A DNA stretch of 64,000 bases from Camelus dromedarius (lineage: Eukaryota). The notes under the pieces are model-generated. The model saw only the letters and a program-made list of their open reading frames with translations. It did no database searches and was not told where the DNA came from. The position numbers were made by a program, and so were the translations under genes. This document shows, piece after piece, positions 39,000 through 52,819 of this stretch (positions are counted from its first letter, which is position 1; every line of letters starts with the position of its first letter). Where the stretch lies: the NCBI RefSeq assembly GCF_036321535.1, contig NC_087437.1:36582001-36646000 (forward strand). The letters are read 5' to 3'.

Positions 39000-39380
39000 G
39001 TCTAAGGAAATTGAAGTTGTAGTTGTCAGTATGAAAAGCAGAATTCCCCTAAATCCTACTTGACCAGGCTTTATTCCTTGCAGTTTGGCCTCCTGAAAAT
39101 CTCCAGGATAATGATTACAGGTAATGGTTAAGGCTATCGGTTTGGTAGATTGCTGAGGCATCCATCCAGGCCACAGGTCCTGATAGGATGAACTTGTCAA
39201 TAGGGCAGCTGGATTCCAACCTCCTGGTTATGCCAGAGAGGAAGACTTTGTTGGACATAAAAGCTAAGTTGGCTAATATGTCAGGAGCCAAATTTCTGCC
39301 ACATCATACAGATGCTGGATATCTCACTTGGAAGGAGGGGCTGGTACTTTCTTCACTATGCAGTTTAAACTTCCATAGCT
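39000..39380 (+). mobile_element. Degenerate ERVL-class reverse transcriptase fragment
   Basis: AVWP..K, IQATGPD..L..GQL, KLANM, LTWK.G/WY/FT are colinear with ERVL pol PIWP.K, IAAAVPD..LLEQI, DLANAF, FSWQGQQYTFT. Confidence 0.55.
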
Positions 39381-39665
39381 CAAGTGTTGTTTCCCTACTA
39401 GATTTCCCTGTATTGACTTAAAAATAAAATATAACTGGGGGACTTCACATCCATTTTTAATCCTCAGTGTATTAACTTTCCTGAATAATTATGGATCCTT
39501 GGGGCCTGGTATGGGCTCAGTCAGGTTATTTTCCTGTATTTGTTCAACATTATCACAAAGCAGAATTGAGTGTAGTGGTGGGAGGAAGTTCCCATATACA
39601 TAAATCTGAAATTGGAGATGAAAAATTAAAATTCATATCTAACCTGAAAATAAAGATTTAGGGTT

Positions 39666-40546
39666 TGTATAGTAATGCTAATTATCAATTTGTTGTTCCC
39701 CAGCTCTAAATTTACCCCATTTGGCTTGCTATATAAAAATGAATCTTGATCTTTCAAATATTTTTTCCTTCTCTAGCTGAAGCTTTGCTAATAGAGAGTG
39801 CTGGAGACAAATGGCAATAGGAAGGAGTTTTGCTTCCTGTTTTGGGCATGCTCACTTGAAGGCTCCTGCAGTGTGTAGCTTTCTCCAGCACAAGATTCCT
39901 AAAATACTCTCAGCTTTTCTATTGTTTGGCTTAGACAGGGCAGGGTGGCCAGCAGTACTCAGGCTAACAGCTTCCTGGTAGAACTCACCATGGGCAGCTT
40001 CATAGAGGAGTACCTGCAGTTAGTACATCTTGGCTAGCTGCAAGCTCCTGAAGCACTGACAACTACTCCAGTTCCTGGTTCCTGCAGTGCATGGACCACA
40101 GCAGTGCCCAGTGACCAGTAGCTTTCCTCCACATCTGCCTCGGACAGTTTTATAGTGGAGTATCTCTGGTGACACACTACTCCTTAAACATCTTTCTTAA
40201 GCAACATGGAGAACAGGTTTCCTGCAAAGTCCAGCTGTGCTTTTCAGCAAGCTCTACTGACATGGCACCACAGTGACCTCTTTGCTGTTTAATGAGCTGC
40301 AAGTGTCCTCTCCAGTAAAGTCTGGCTCTTAGTCCAGGGTGTCTCTGCCTTGAGTGCTCTGTCATAGCTGTAGGGGCAGTGATTGCTATTTATGTCTGCT
40401 ATTTCTGTACTTTTAGAGTTCACTTTACTTCTTACTAGCCAATTCCTTGACACTTTAATCTCTTATTACCAATAATGATTCTTTAAACTTTCTATTGAAG
40501 TTACTGTGTGGTTTCTATCTCATGGTTGGATGCTGACTGATATACA
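39666..40546 (+). mobile_element. ERVL LTR, LTR41-like
   Basis: TG…CA termini; cagctctaaatttaccc, aagctttgctaatagagagtgctggag, end actgtgtggtttctatctc…gactgatataca. Confidence 0.75.
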
Positions 40547-41379
40547 TTAAAACCTAAATTAAATACACAGCTTTGCTTTGGCTAAGTGCTTTCAAATTGC
40601 TGAAGATATTTACTCTTCTGTTTAATAGGTACAGGAATAATAAAACCTCTTATAAGACTTAGGACAATATTATATACATAAGGTTTAAAGTAAGTGCTCA
40701 ACAAATATTACATGAATCTGAATGATGAATTAAATCTGAATCTGAGTTAAATAATATGTGCCTAGAAAGGTGCTGAACCTGAATTTAAAGAAGTTAAGGA
40801 AACCAACTTTAAGAGATTTGTCAACTAAAGAATAGGAATGTTTGAGATATACAATAGTCAATGAGATTAAATGATTTTATCTTTTTATTTTGTTGTATTG
40901 TAGTTGATGACAATAAATAGTAGAATGCAGAAAGGAATAATCTAATTGGAGACTCTAAAGATTCAAAAAATCTGTAAGTGTGAGAATGAGTGTTCTCTGG
41001 ACAATCTGGACAAATATATATGAAACTGACTATAAAGCTCACATTAATTATGTGATATATACCATGCAAATACAATTTAAACAAGTGGAAAATTGTGATA
41101 AAAAGACATTAGTATAAATATTAAGCTATATGTCAACATTATCTGTGCCTTTTTAAAGCAGAATTCAAAGTTTATAACTGATAAAACTAGACACATAATG
41201 TATTAATAATTTGCTACTAACAGAATTTCAAGCAATAATAATGAAAGTTTATGTTGCTATAAGCCCACATTTCAGTATAATTTTTGTGGCATTAATTTTT
41301 ATAATGATAACTTTAATGTTTATAACACAAAAGAAGGGATTGTTAGACATCTTTGTAATTTTTAGGTTAGCATTCTACA

Positions 41380-41730
41380 AGTATTAAGTACTATTTGTAA
41401 ATGACTTTTGTTGTGAATATATGTGTGAAAGTCAATGTTTGACTCAATATTGCTGTAGCATTTTTCTCTAAATATGCACAATTGCTGAGAGAGAAATAAG
41501 TGCATGAAATGTCTTCAGTTTTATACCTTTTGCACTTTAAGTTATTTCCCAGCAAAAACTCCTATAGGAAGTTGGAGAAACTTATAATTATTTTACAGTT
41601 GATTCAACTCAAAAAATGGCTGAAGAAATTTAGCTCACATTTTTCAACAACCTGAAAAATTAACCATTCTGTGGTACCAATTCAAATATCCATGTCTTCA
41701 GAATGATATTAATATGTCATTGGTAAGCAC
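41380..41730 (+). pseudogene. Fossil EGF-like repeat coding segment
   Basis: FVNDFCCEY (41394), PFCGTN, YPCLQN. Confidence 0.5.
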
Positions 41731-42659
41731 TATTCTGAGTTATGCATTTGGGAATTAATAAATAATGAAAAAGGCAAACAATGGCAATTAATAACCAATA
41801 CTGCCTCTGAAAATAGTATTAAAATAGGCTATTTGTATGCTAATCAATAAATTATGTTTTTACTATTTTATGGTAAAATGATTTTGCTTATAATTTACAC
41901 TAGAGATTCTATAACTTGCTCCTTACTTACATTTTCTTCTTAGCAAAATTGTCACCCTAAATGCCCCATCACCCTATTGCTTTCATCACTGTAGACTGCT
42001 TTCTAGCCCCTCTGAACTAGTTAGATTTCACTCCTCCAAATATGAGTTTTGTCTGCAGAGACACAAGCTTAGAAGTTTATAAAACTCACAGGCCAATATT
42101 TCCATATTGGACTGTCTTATAAATATTTTCATATACTTAAAGATACCTATAATTCAGTTGTTTGTAATGGTAGACTAAATAAATGTAGGAAGATCCAGAG
42201 AAGAGAAATGGAAAAAGGTCAGCTGCATCATTTTGGGTTAAGTTTTCTGTAGATATATTTTTTGAATGGCACATATTCTTTCTTTCCTGAAGCTCTGATT
42301 TTTAATAAATTAAATTATTTGGAAATAAATCTAATCACAAAATAATCTAATAATTTAAGAAATGTTTTAAAAAATTAGAAAGCTCAACAAATTAGTTTTT
42401 TTTCCTTAAAGAACTCTATTAGAAAAAAGTAAAGGTCTTAATACAATATGATTTACCTATTTGCAATATATGCATTCTAACAATGAATGTTGCAGTGTTC
42501 AGGCACTCTTCATTTTTATTCATAATCTGTGGTGAGTTTTCACATCTGTTTTACCCTACAGATTTCTCTTAAGACATAAGGCAGAATACGTAAGAATAAA
42601 ATCTCATGTAGAAATATTTTATAGAAACTGAAGACCCTACTAGACAAAAAAAAAAATCT

Positions 42660-43170
42660 TAAAACACCTTACTGCTCTCTTGAACCTTTCTTCATAAGCT
42701 GGTCTAGCCACAATTTTCTCTATCACAGTTAATGACATCTTTCTGCATTCCGAGAAACAAAATAGAATAAAATTTAAAAAGTGAAATAAAGCAAAAACAG
42801 AAATAAAAAACTATATTTGTCTCATTTCATTAACTCCTTAGTTTAACATCACAGATCCCATTGATCAGATCAATTAATAAAGTAACCTTCATATTCAATT
42901 TGATTATTCCTTACCATTCCACAGTTATTACTCTATTTTAACCTTATTATCTCTCCCTAGAAAATTTCAGTAAACCCCTACTTGGTCAGTCTTCTTCCTC
43001 CCTTCTTCACCTTAGTCTTTTCTAAATATATTAGCAGATTGGTTCCATTGAAATATGTCAGATCTTACCACTACTCAGACAAAACTGTCTAATGGCTTCA
43101 CATCTCATTTGGATTTAAAACTAAGTTAAAAAAAAATAACTTATATGGTCCAACATGATCTAGCCTTTGT
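42660..43170 (+). mobile_element. L2 fragment
   Basis: gtcagatcttaccactactc…aatggcttcacatctcattt…catgatctagcc. Confidence 0.7.
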
Positions 43171-43654
43171 CATTTATAATCATAGATCTGGGACTTGAGA
43201 ATGAATAGATTTCATGTGGCTTTAGATAAAACTAAACTTTTCATATCTAAAATGTATTTCAATATTTTAAATTTATTTTATCTGATTAGGATTCATTAGA
43301 ACATGATGTACTAATTTCTGTCAAATTTGTACTTTGACATATATTAAAAGTAACTCAAAGTTATAAATAAATTTTGAAAGACAAATGCCAATTCTAAATT
43401 TGTTCAGTGAAAAAATTAATCAGCTATGTAATAAAAAACCAAGTAAATATTTTACTAAAAGTAAATTAAAGCATTCATTTGGACAGGGCAATTGAATTTA
43501 AGTACAACAAAAAGCACAAAACCAAGATGGTGAAAACTGAGGAAGATATAGGAAAGCATTAAAAATTATGACTATCATAATAAAATTAATTGGTATCACT
43601 GTTGGTAATAATGCAAAGTAAAGGAACATTCCTTTACAAATTTTCTGTTTGTAG

Positions 43655-43760
43655 ATGTTTTTATGATATGTCTAGACTCACTGAACTGCTGTTGATTAGC
43701 CTATAAAATAGATGCTGACCCGATGATCATATTGTTGTGGCTTCTAGTTTGTATACTTAA
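43655..43760 (+). pseudogene. Fossil EGF-like exon-shaped start
   Basis: ttttctgtttgtag|A TGT TTT TAT: (R)CFYDMSRLTELLLISL*NRC*PD. Confidence 0.4.
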
Positions 43761-44429
43761 AGTGCCAGACACATGTTAGGAAATTCAATAAATGCTATAC
43801 ATGATTGGATATGTACCTTTTCTCTTTGTTTTCTTTCCTCAGTAATACTTTTACTTAAATGTTAAAAATAGTTTTATTTATGTTCCAAATAATAAACAAA
43901 TGTGTTCTTTTAGTAGTGAGAAGAAAATAATCAGTCTAAAATGGCTATAAATGTGCTGTTGGCTTTTAAGATATACTATTTCAGTTATTGGTTGAGAATT
44001 ATTGATAGATACTAAAGGAACTGATCAGTTATTTCCTAGGATTATGCCTTTCTATCTAAATATTTCCACATATATTAGCACTTTCTACTTATTTGGGTAA
44101 CATAGCAGGCATACAGAGTTTAGTAGCAATTTTATCTCGACATGAGCTTTCTGTGCGACTTTTGGTAAAAGTTATTTGAGCTTTTTATATATCAAATCTT
44201 GTAACACATGAATGAGAATTCTAATATCTATCTCATGGATTGTTTAAGGGTTTAAAGGGATAATGCAGTCAGCCCATTTCCCCAAAATAAGGTAGCTTAT
44301 AGTTTTCTTTTCTTTCTTCTTTTTTTTTTTTTTTTTAAACTTCTCTTAAAGTTTGAAGCAATCATCTTTAATTAGCCACATTCCTTCTTGAGGAATTCTT
44401 TTCTTGGTGATTTTTTTTTTTTTCATTTG

Positions 44430-45030
44430 GAGTCTTGATGTATGATGCTACTTGATCTATCTTACTTTTAAAAATTAGCACTCAGATTATGTCTACATCA
44501 TCAGGATGCAGAAATTAGATGTAACTAGTAGAAATTCAACAGATTCCTATACCTGTTTATATTACCATCTTACAACTTCTAGCTTCCTTGCATTGTCTTG
44601 AAGAAATATTAAACACTTTCAATAAATTAATCTCTTCTGATTATTTATTTCCAGACATGTGATCTTTTGTGTTTACATATTAGAAACAGATCATATAGTC
44701 TCAATGCATATCTTCATATTTCATGACACTTACTTTATATCTTATATTTGAAATCACTCGTTTAATTTTTTTACAAATTGACTTTGTAACTATGAATTCT
44801 GCTACTGAAACACTTTTACAGAAAAATTTTTATGAATTTCAGTTTATGAATTCTGTTGATTTTAATTACTCTCATTAAATTAATGGCAAAGACTTCCCAG
44901 GCAATGTTTTCTAAATGCCAAATGATTAAATTGTTAGTGAATTCATTTGTAAACATGCCCTCCAAATGTTGAATATTCAGATTTTCTTATATGCTATGGA
45001 AAGGGATATAACATTTTTATTTATCTTTTA
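44430..45030 (+). pseudogene. Fossil multi-EGF coding segment
   Basis: TSSGCRN, NSTDSYTCLY (44533), LHCLEEI, TCDLLCLH, FCY*NTFTEK, CFLNAK*LN, EFICK. Confidence 0.7.
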
Positions 45031-45220
45031 GTAAATTTTTAAAACATAACATGAAATTATATTAACATTTGCTACATGATTATTTTGTCAGACCATGTTT
45101 TACATGTATCTACATGGATAATCCTCACGGCTCTGTAAAGGAGACACTGATGTCATCTTAATTGACAGATGAGGAATGTGAGACCTGGAAAGGTTAAAAA
45201 ATGTGTACAATGTTATGAAG

Positions 45221-45560
45221 TGTTGACCTGAAAGAAATAGACTGTCAGACATTTAACCAGTGAAACTGAGTTTATTTGGAATCAGTAGAGAATTGCAATT
45301 CAATGACTACAACCATGGCAAGCCACATACAAGGGGCTACAAAGCAAGGGAAGGAGAACACTTTTATAGAGAGGAAAAGGAAGGGGGGAGGGCTATAGTA
45401 AGCAAAGAGTCCATGGCTTTTTGATTGGCTGAGTCCTTGCCAGGAAGGAAAAGGAGTCTTTCTTCTTCCTGCTGGGCTCTGTTATCATCACAGGGTGTGA
45501 GAGCTCCCCTTTCTATTCTCCCAGCTCTATTTAATTAAGTCTTCCATTTATTAACTTTTT
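45221..45560 (-). mobile_element. Solo ERV LTR inserted into a MIR (- strand, ~45060-45630)
   Basis: tgaag on both sides (45216-45220, 45561-45565); minus-strand CCAAT (45424-45428), TATAAAA (45362-45368), AATAAA (45271-45276); MIR resumes after it. Confidence 0.75.
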
Positions 45561-46059
45561 TGAAGATGTTAAGTGACACATCAGGAATCTGAAATAGGAT
45601 CATATGGTTCTAGAGTCAATACTCTAAAAAATAATCAGAATTTTTTCTTCCTGGAAGGAATAAAGAAGTTTTAATATTTAAAAATTTACATAGTTATTTT
45701 ATGCTATGGTAACATTTCATATAAATACAATGTGCAGAATCAACATTAAAATATTTTAAATTGAATTCAGTTGTGTAGCCAAAGAAAGCTAATTGTAACA
45801 CTCCTTTTAGTTACCTAGTCTTCTTGTTAGTAATTATAACTAACTCACTGAGCATATATAATATGAAAGCCACTGGCCAAAGAATTTTACATGTATTATC
45901 TCATTTAATATATGTATTTGCTTAATATGATATAAGTAATATTTTTCTTCTATATTATAAATACAGGAATAATATATTTAACTATCATAATTAAAAATAT
46001 GGTATCTGATGAATCTTATTGAGACCAAAAATTTAACAGCATATCATTAATTTATTTTA

Positions 46060-47290
46060 ACTCAAACTCTTGCATTTGTATACTCTTCCCTTTGTCGTTG
46101 GCAACTCTGCATTTTCCTAACATATTTAAAATTGGAAACACTGAAAACATTTCTTTGTATCAAATAAATATGAGCACAAGCGTTGTCTTTTATAAAGTTA
46201 CTCTTGTTAACAAGAGGATGCAAGATATATGAATGATGGATAACCATCTCTAAGGCTATTGATCATAAAAATACATATATATCAATATATAACAAAACAT
46301 ATGTTTCAGTCATAATGCTTAAAACAGTAAACCTGTGCTGAGACAATATTTGATTTCCATCAATATTAGATTCAAATTCTTGATTTCATACCACTATCAC
46401 CTTTATCTACAGATCACTCAGTCAGTTGTCAATTTATCCAGAATCCCTGTCAATGGCTTCTGTTTTTCCAAGATCCTTTGTACCTACAGGGTGTCCACCC
46501 ACTCACCATCTGCCATGTCAAGTTTTCTCTATCTGTTACTTAAGAAAAACTACTCGTACAATTAAAAACAAAATGTTCTGTTCAAATTAGGATATTTTAA
46601 CACATGGTGTTTGTTTGAATTTGTGAATATGAGTTCATACATTACCCAAATTTTAGAATTTGAATAAAAGTCGAAAGTAAATTATCTCAAAACCACATAA
46701 ATCAAGTATACAAAATCAATTAACAGAAAGAGTGAGGAGAAAACATAACAAATTCATATAAATAAAGTGTGAACAAATGGGGATTTGTGTAAGTAGATGA
46801 TCTGTAAATTGCAACTGAGAATTTTTAGTGATATATTGCTTTTCTTCCTTCATAATAATACCTCTTTGCCTCATTGACATTTTTTTTTTTTGAGGGGCTT
46901 GGTAATTAGGTTAATTTTGTCTCATTGACTTTTTAAGGCCAGTTGGATACATTTACTTTATACAAAGAGCACTCTTCTATTTTCCAGACAGCTTCTTCAC
47001 AGTCTAAAAGTGCTTATCCTCTTCCTGGTGAATGTTCCTGACTATGAGAATCTGTATACAAAAGAATGCAATCTCACACTTCCATTCAGCCATGGCTAGG
47101 ACAGACATCAATCACATCTTTCTGCTGAAATCATATCTTTCTTCACTTTGTCGCCACACACTCCAGTTTGATTTAAAAATAGCTTATTCATTGAACATTT
47201 ATCCATTCTATAATCCTGCCATCATTTTTGTTGAAAATTTAGGTATTCAAATTTCTCAAGGCCAACCTCTACTTTATTGAAACCAGTAAC
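46060..47290 (+). pseudogene. Fossil multi-EGF coding segments (46060-46560 and 46990-47290)
   Basis: SCIC, EDARYMND, QNPCQ (46439)/NGFCF/CPP..PCQV, KCLSSS, YLSSLCRH..DLKIAYS. Confidence 0.6.
46879..46915 (-). mobile_element. Severely 5'-truncated copy of the camelid SINE
   Basis: Minus strand AACCTAATTACC…A tail, as in the 26122 SINE; 14-bp TSD (1 mismatch) at 46865-46878 and 46916-46929. Confidence 0.85.
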
Positions 47291-48039
47291 ATATTTCCTT
47301 TCTGTGAAATAATGGAACATATAATTTTAGCTCTTCACTAGTTACCTAAACTTGAAACATAATCTCTCTGTTTATTTTGTTTCAACAAAAATGCTATTAA
47401 TCAAAATAATTATTTGGTCATTTTAGTGTCTCCTAATGATGCTTAGAGTGATAACATTTCTAAGAAAACTGCTATATTTTATAAATGGCTGAGTCTGATG
47501 AAAAAGGATACATTCTTAAAATTCATTTTTTCTTCTGTATAATTCAGAATTTATAAAATTCCTATACTAGATTTTTCCTCTGTTAGTAAGGCAAGAGCTA
47601 TCTTCTCCCAAATTGAAAACAAAAAATAATTTGAGATACTTCTTCATATGATTAAAAAAATTAAACATGACCTTCAAAATTGTTAATGTTCTAACTGCTC
47701 TCTGCCCTTCCTATCCCATCTTTTATCATATTTTCTCCCCTCACCATATGAACTGAAGACATATTGACCTCCTTTCAGCGCTAGTATATGCTCCTTTTTT
47801 CCACAGAGCTTTCCAAAAGTTGAATCCTCTGTTTAGAGATCTTAAGTCATATTCTGTAAAACATGGTTTCATTTTACCATGTTCTTATATTTCAAGGCAT
47901 TCATCCCAGTTGAGATTTCACATTTATTTGTGAGGTTTTTAGATTAATGACTGTGTTCTCATGTTTTGCTGGCCTCTAGAACTACCTGAATCAAAACAGT
48001 TTAATGAATGGTGAACATTATGTGTTTGTTCCTATTGAT

Positions 48040-49277
48040 TTCAAGATGTATCAGCTGTCTTGTAATTACGAATGTATATTGAAATTAGGAAACAAAAATA
48101 TGCACAATTATAAGCTTTGGTAAAGCACAACTTGTTTAAATCAAAAAGAAAAATCAATGTTAAATTAATTAGTAGGTTTCCTTTAAGATATTCAGAATTG
48201 GGCTTCTAATATTCAGCAAAATGCTTACAGCTTGCTGATAGTTCTGAGTACACGTAAAGTGCAAAATATTGAGGCATTTTCAAAAAGGCGAGGCAAGTTA
48301 ATAAGCAACTTTTTAATGATTTTTTCAAGTACTTCTCATTACAACATAGATGCTGTTTACAAAATTAAAAACACAAATTATACAAAGCTTTTTAAATAAA
48401 ACTGTTTAATGCTTCAAGGAAAACAACTTAATTCCTGTGATGAAGATCAAAGATTATACAACAGTGCATATGTATACTTACCAGTGTTAATTTTTTTTAA
48501 TGCAGTGATTCTTGGCAAAATTTTAAAAGCCATAGCTGAATTACATAATCTACAATAAAATTCTAAATATATCTGATTTAGCATTTTACCATTTAAAAAG
48601 TCAATCATTTTTTCATTATAAGTTAAAGAGCAGTTTAAATTTATCTGTTGAAACATGCATGTAGCATCTACCTATGTAAATATAGTCTAAAGATTCTGTC
48701 GATTTTCCTCCAAGCACACTGTAGCTGTAATCCGACTAGTGACTGAAACAAACATAGGCTTTGACATCATGTATAGTCTAGCTCTGCCATTTTTTAACTT
48801 TATAAAATCAACAAACGCTTGACAGTATAAAAGTATCTCTTTCATCATCTACGTTCTGAAGGGTTCAGAGTTAGAAGCTAGACTCTGGATCCCTTAATGT
48901 GCAGATGTGCTTAGAATCTGATAAAAGAGGCCTACCAAAGTCTATTCATATGAAGGAGTCAACATTTAAATTCAAATTCTTTCTCTAGTTTTATTCTTCT
49001 TCCAGGACAAGCAGGTACTAGGACTTATTCTTCAGGTCAATTTTACAAATATATTTTTATGCTCCGTACAACTTGCTGTACTCAGATGGATGTAAGTGCA
49101 TGTACAGAAGATGGGAGATAGGAAAAAGATTATCTGTACCATCCAAAATCTGCCAAAATCTGTGCCTCTTTCTTTATTCCTTATCTGAAGAATGTCAGTT
49201 ATGTCAAAATACAAAAATTATTCACAATGCTTTATGCCCATTTTTTTGTTAAAGAAAGTGTTTTTTTTGTTTGTTTG
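48040..49277 (+). pseudogene. Fossil multi-EGF coding segment, interrupted by MIR-like sequence at ~48755-48960
   Basis: SRCIS/NYECILKLG (48064), SAKCLQLADSSEYT*SAKY*GIF (48213), LNSCDED (48427), ASTYVN, SGQFY, SAKICAS..IPYLKNVSYV (49149). Confidence 0.7.
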
Positions 49278-49419
49278 TTTTTTTTTAATTGTATAGGTAT
49301 TAAGGCCTTCTGTTTGGTTTTGGTACTCTTTTCTCCAAAGCTATTCAATCACTAAAGCACAGGACAGACCTCCAAAATATACTGTCTGCTTTGTTATAAC
49401 CAGAGCTCCTGTTTTGTGT

Positions 49420-51560
49420 CTTACTACAATCTCTACCACTTTTTCACACTTTTATATGAAGTCATTTCCAAACATAATGTTACTCATTTCAGATTCCTGT
49501 TTACACTTCTTCAATTCTTCCTCCCTGTTTTCATTATAAAATCAACTTCTGGTGCATGATGTTTCCCCAAGTGCTTAAAGTCTATCATAATTATTATTCT
49601 CTCTGATTTTGTCCTAAATAACCTATTAATCCTAAAGTTCTAGCAACTGTACCATCCAAATATCTTACTTTCATATTTGCATTCACATTGTATTTAACAT
49701 AATTAAAGTAGCACTCCAATAATTAAATAAGTATGAAAATCACTATGTAAATATCTACTTTAAATTCTCTATTTAACGTCTTACTTACTCTCACCAAAAT
49801 TTAGGTATGCATTTTTTTTCTACTGCTATTTGACAAAATATTAACCTGTAGTAAGTGCTCATCAACATTGATTAAATTAATAAATGAATGGATAGATTAA
49901 TTAGTGAATGCACTAATATGGATAAAAAGTCCACATAGGGACTAGAAACTTATGTAAGGGAGACTAGCATAATCTTTGCACGTGAAATTTTTTATTTCTA
50001 AGTATTTTTAAAATCTATTCTTCATTGTTATAGCCAGATTTATTAGCTTTTATATATTTATTTAGTAGAGGAAGATGACAGTCTCTTTGACTTTACTATA
50101 GTAGAAATTAAGTCATTGTTACCAAATGTTATATAACATTATTTTCTGCATTATTTATATCTCATTCAGTGACTGTCCCGTCCTTCTGATTTGTTAAGAA
50201 AAATTTTTGGAGTCATTTTTGACTCCTGTTTTTCTCTCATGCCCCCTACATAACCATTTAATTCTGTTGTCTCTACTGTTAAAGTTCATTGAGTATCTAT
50301 TTCTCACCACTCAACTGCTAATACCTTAGATGAAGACATTACTTTTCTTGCCTGTATTTCTGCAGTAATCTCTAACTCTAAGTTCTCTATCTCTAACTAT
50401 TCCCTACCCCATTTTGGCTATTTTAAAGATAAAAGTCAGAGTAATCCTCTTAAAATGTAGGTCATGTCATGTCATTCTATGCCTCAAAACTACTTCATGG
50501 CTCTCAATGCTCTAATAATACATAGATCAACAGGTCCCTGCATAAACAGTCCTTTTGTTACGTTTTGATCTTATCCTTCTATGCTCTTCCATCTTTCCTG
50601 ATTTTACTCCCGTATCACAGGTCCCACTACAATTACCTAAATACAGAAACCATGCTCTATTCATGCCTTTTGCATTTTTTAAAATTTGCCAGACAAACTT
50701 TTAATAAAAATTATGAGAGCAAAATCTTTTTTTGCAAACTGCCTTTTTAAACAAATGATTTTATTACAAATACTGAGAATGACGATGTCTTGTTTTGCAA
50801 AACCAATGAATAAAAAACGTGTTAAATAAATAAATTATTCAAGGTATTTGAAAAAGGAAAAAAGAAGCCTGATGTTCTTTAATATTTTTAATCATAAATT
50901 TATTCACTAACTTTTCAAAAAATAAGTCTGAAAGTATGAATCAGCTGGGAAAAAGAGAGTGAGAGGGAAAGGGACAGCGTCTTGTAGCTGCTTTAATGGC
51001 TTTTGACAATTCTAGTGTTTTTTTCTGATGTTCACCTTTTTTAGAATTCATATCTATAGAAAATAGCTGAATTTACAATATTTATAATGAGTTTATTAAT
51101 AGAGGAAAATAAAATATTTATTGAAAATGTATATACTTTTTTATATATAAACAAACTTTACCATAAATAATTATATATATCAAAAAAAGTTATGCATATC
51201 AAAAAACTTGGTAACTTTAAAAAGGCACCAAAAAATTAGGAAAAACATTAATTACAGACAATAAAGTCAAATTCATTTAACAAAAAAACAGAATTAATAA
51301 AAATGTAGCTAATACTTTGCCCCCTCTCCAGTTACCCATGCAGCCAGCTCCCTCAGTTTCTTCCAGTTTTTATTTAAATGGCATCCACTCAGTGAAGATT
51401 TTCCTACCTCCCTATTTGGAAGTTGCTTCAAGCCTTCACCTAGGACTCTGTAATCCATTACCCTGCCCTGTTTTTCACATACTTTAATTTATGTATGGCT
51501 TTTACTTATTTAGTATGTTGTTCATAATGTGTTTTTTTTTTTTTCTCTCCAACTCAGTAG
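49420..51560 (+). mobile_element. L2 fragments (49420-49900, 50180-50700, 51315-51560)
   Basis: gtagtaagtgctcatcaacattgattaaattaataaatgaatg 3' end; ttggagtcatttttgactcc; cagagtaatcctcttaaaatgtaggtca. Confidence 0.75.
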
Positions 51561-51699
51561 TCAGGGAATCTGACTCTCCCTCTTGAAGAAAGAGGGACAA
51601 AGTCACAGTGCTGAAGAGCATGCCTTAGGAGATATCATGTTGATAGGCATGGATATAATTACATGAAATGAAATAATTTGAATACCAATATGAAGGAAT

Positions 51700-52300
51700 A
51701 TATATATTATAGGCAGACATGATCATTTCAGCAGCTATTGGTATAGTGCTGGTGGTTTAGAAAGTCAAGGTAAGGTGGAAGGTATTGCAACATCACCAAT
51801 CTCTGTTACAATGCTGATATTGCAGTAGAGTCTGAAAGATGGCATGGTATTACTAGCAATTATAGTTATCAACATTAGTTATAAAATGTAACCCTCCATA
51901 AAAGTAGGCAGAAAATCAAAATAAACTGAAAGATCAACATTCTCTCTAGGTAGCTTAGGATTTCAGAGGACAATCTTTAAGGCGTATAGATGTTTTAGCA
52001 AAACTGAAACACAGAACCTTCAGACAATAGTATTTCTCCTAGTAAAGAGAACTCAGGATATCAGTGGGTTATTTTTGAAAAAGATATCTGCTAAACATAC
52101 CTTCTGTTCCTAATAGTTGACTCATGAGTTTGTTAGAATTTGTAGATTATATTTGACACAAATTGTCCTATATAAAAATTTACTATATTCTGGAATAAAG
52201 TTATAGAATATAGTGTAGGGATATGGGGAGTGGGAATTCATTAGCAGTAATTGTAAGAAAGAATGATTTTCTAAATCATAAACATATTCTCTCAAAGATG
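51700..52300 (+). pseudogene. Fossil EGF-like repeat coding segment
   Basis: GRYCNITNLCYNA..TSNYSYQ (51777), EFVRIC, KE*FSKS*. Confidence 0.6.
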
Positions 52301-52819
52301 ATAAGGTAACAAAACCGAGGTTTCTATGAGTCATTTTGGACCAAAGATTAAAAGTTTTATTACAAAAATGTATAATAATCACATTTTATTTAACGTTAAA
52401 TGAAAAAAACAGAGAGATTCAAGATGACTCTTTAAGACATTAAGGAGTATGTAAGTGTCAGTACCATCAATGTGTTGGTCTGTTGTGTAGAAAGAACAGG
52501 ATTTTTTAAGAAGAAGCAATATGAGAGGGTAGGATCATAATTAAAACACATTTAAATGATAGTAAGACAATGATTTATAGTCAGATCAAACCAAGGTGTG
52601 TTAAATATCTGTGTGTAGGTGCATTTACAATTTTGTCTTAATATGCACTTAAAGAAAACTGACCTCACTGAAGGAATTTAAACTGTACTAGGTGGTAAGT
52701 TGTTATTGGGGATGTAATATAGTAGGTTATATATGATAGGGTGAATAGTAGTAGAAAATGATCCTGGTTTTTTGAAGAAAGAAAATTGAATTTATCACAG
52801 GACACGACAATACTCAGAG

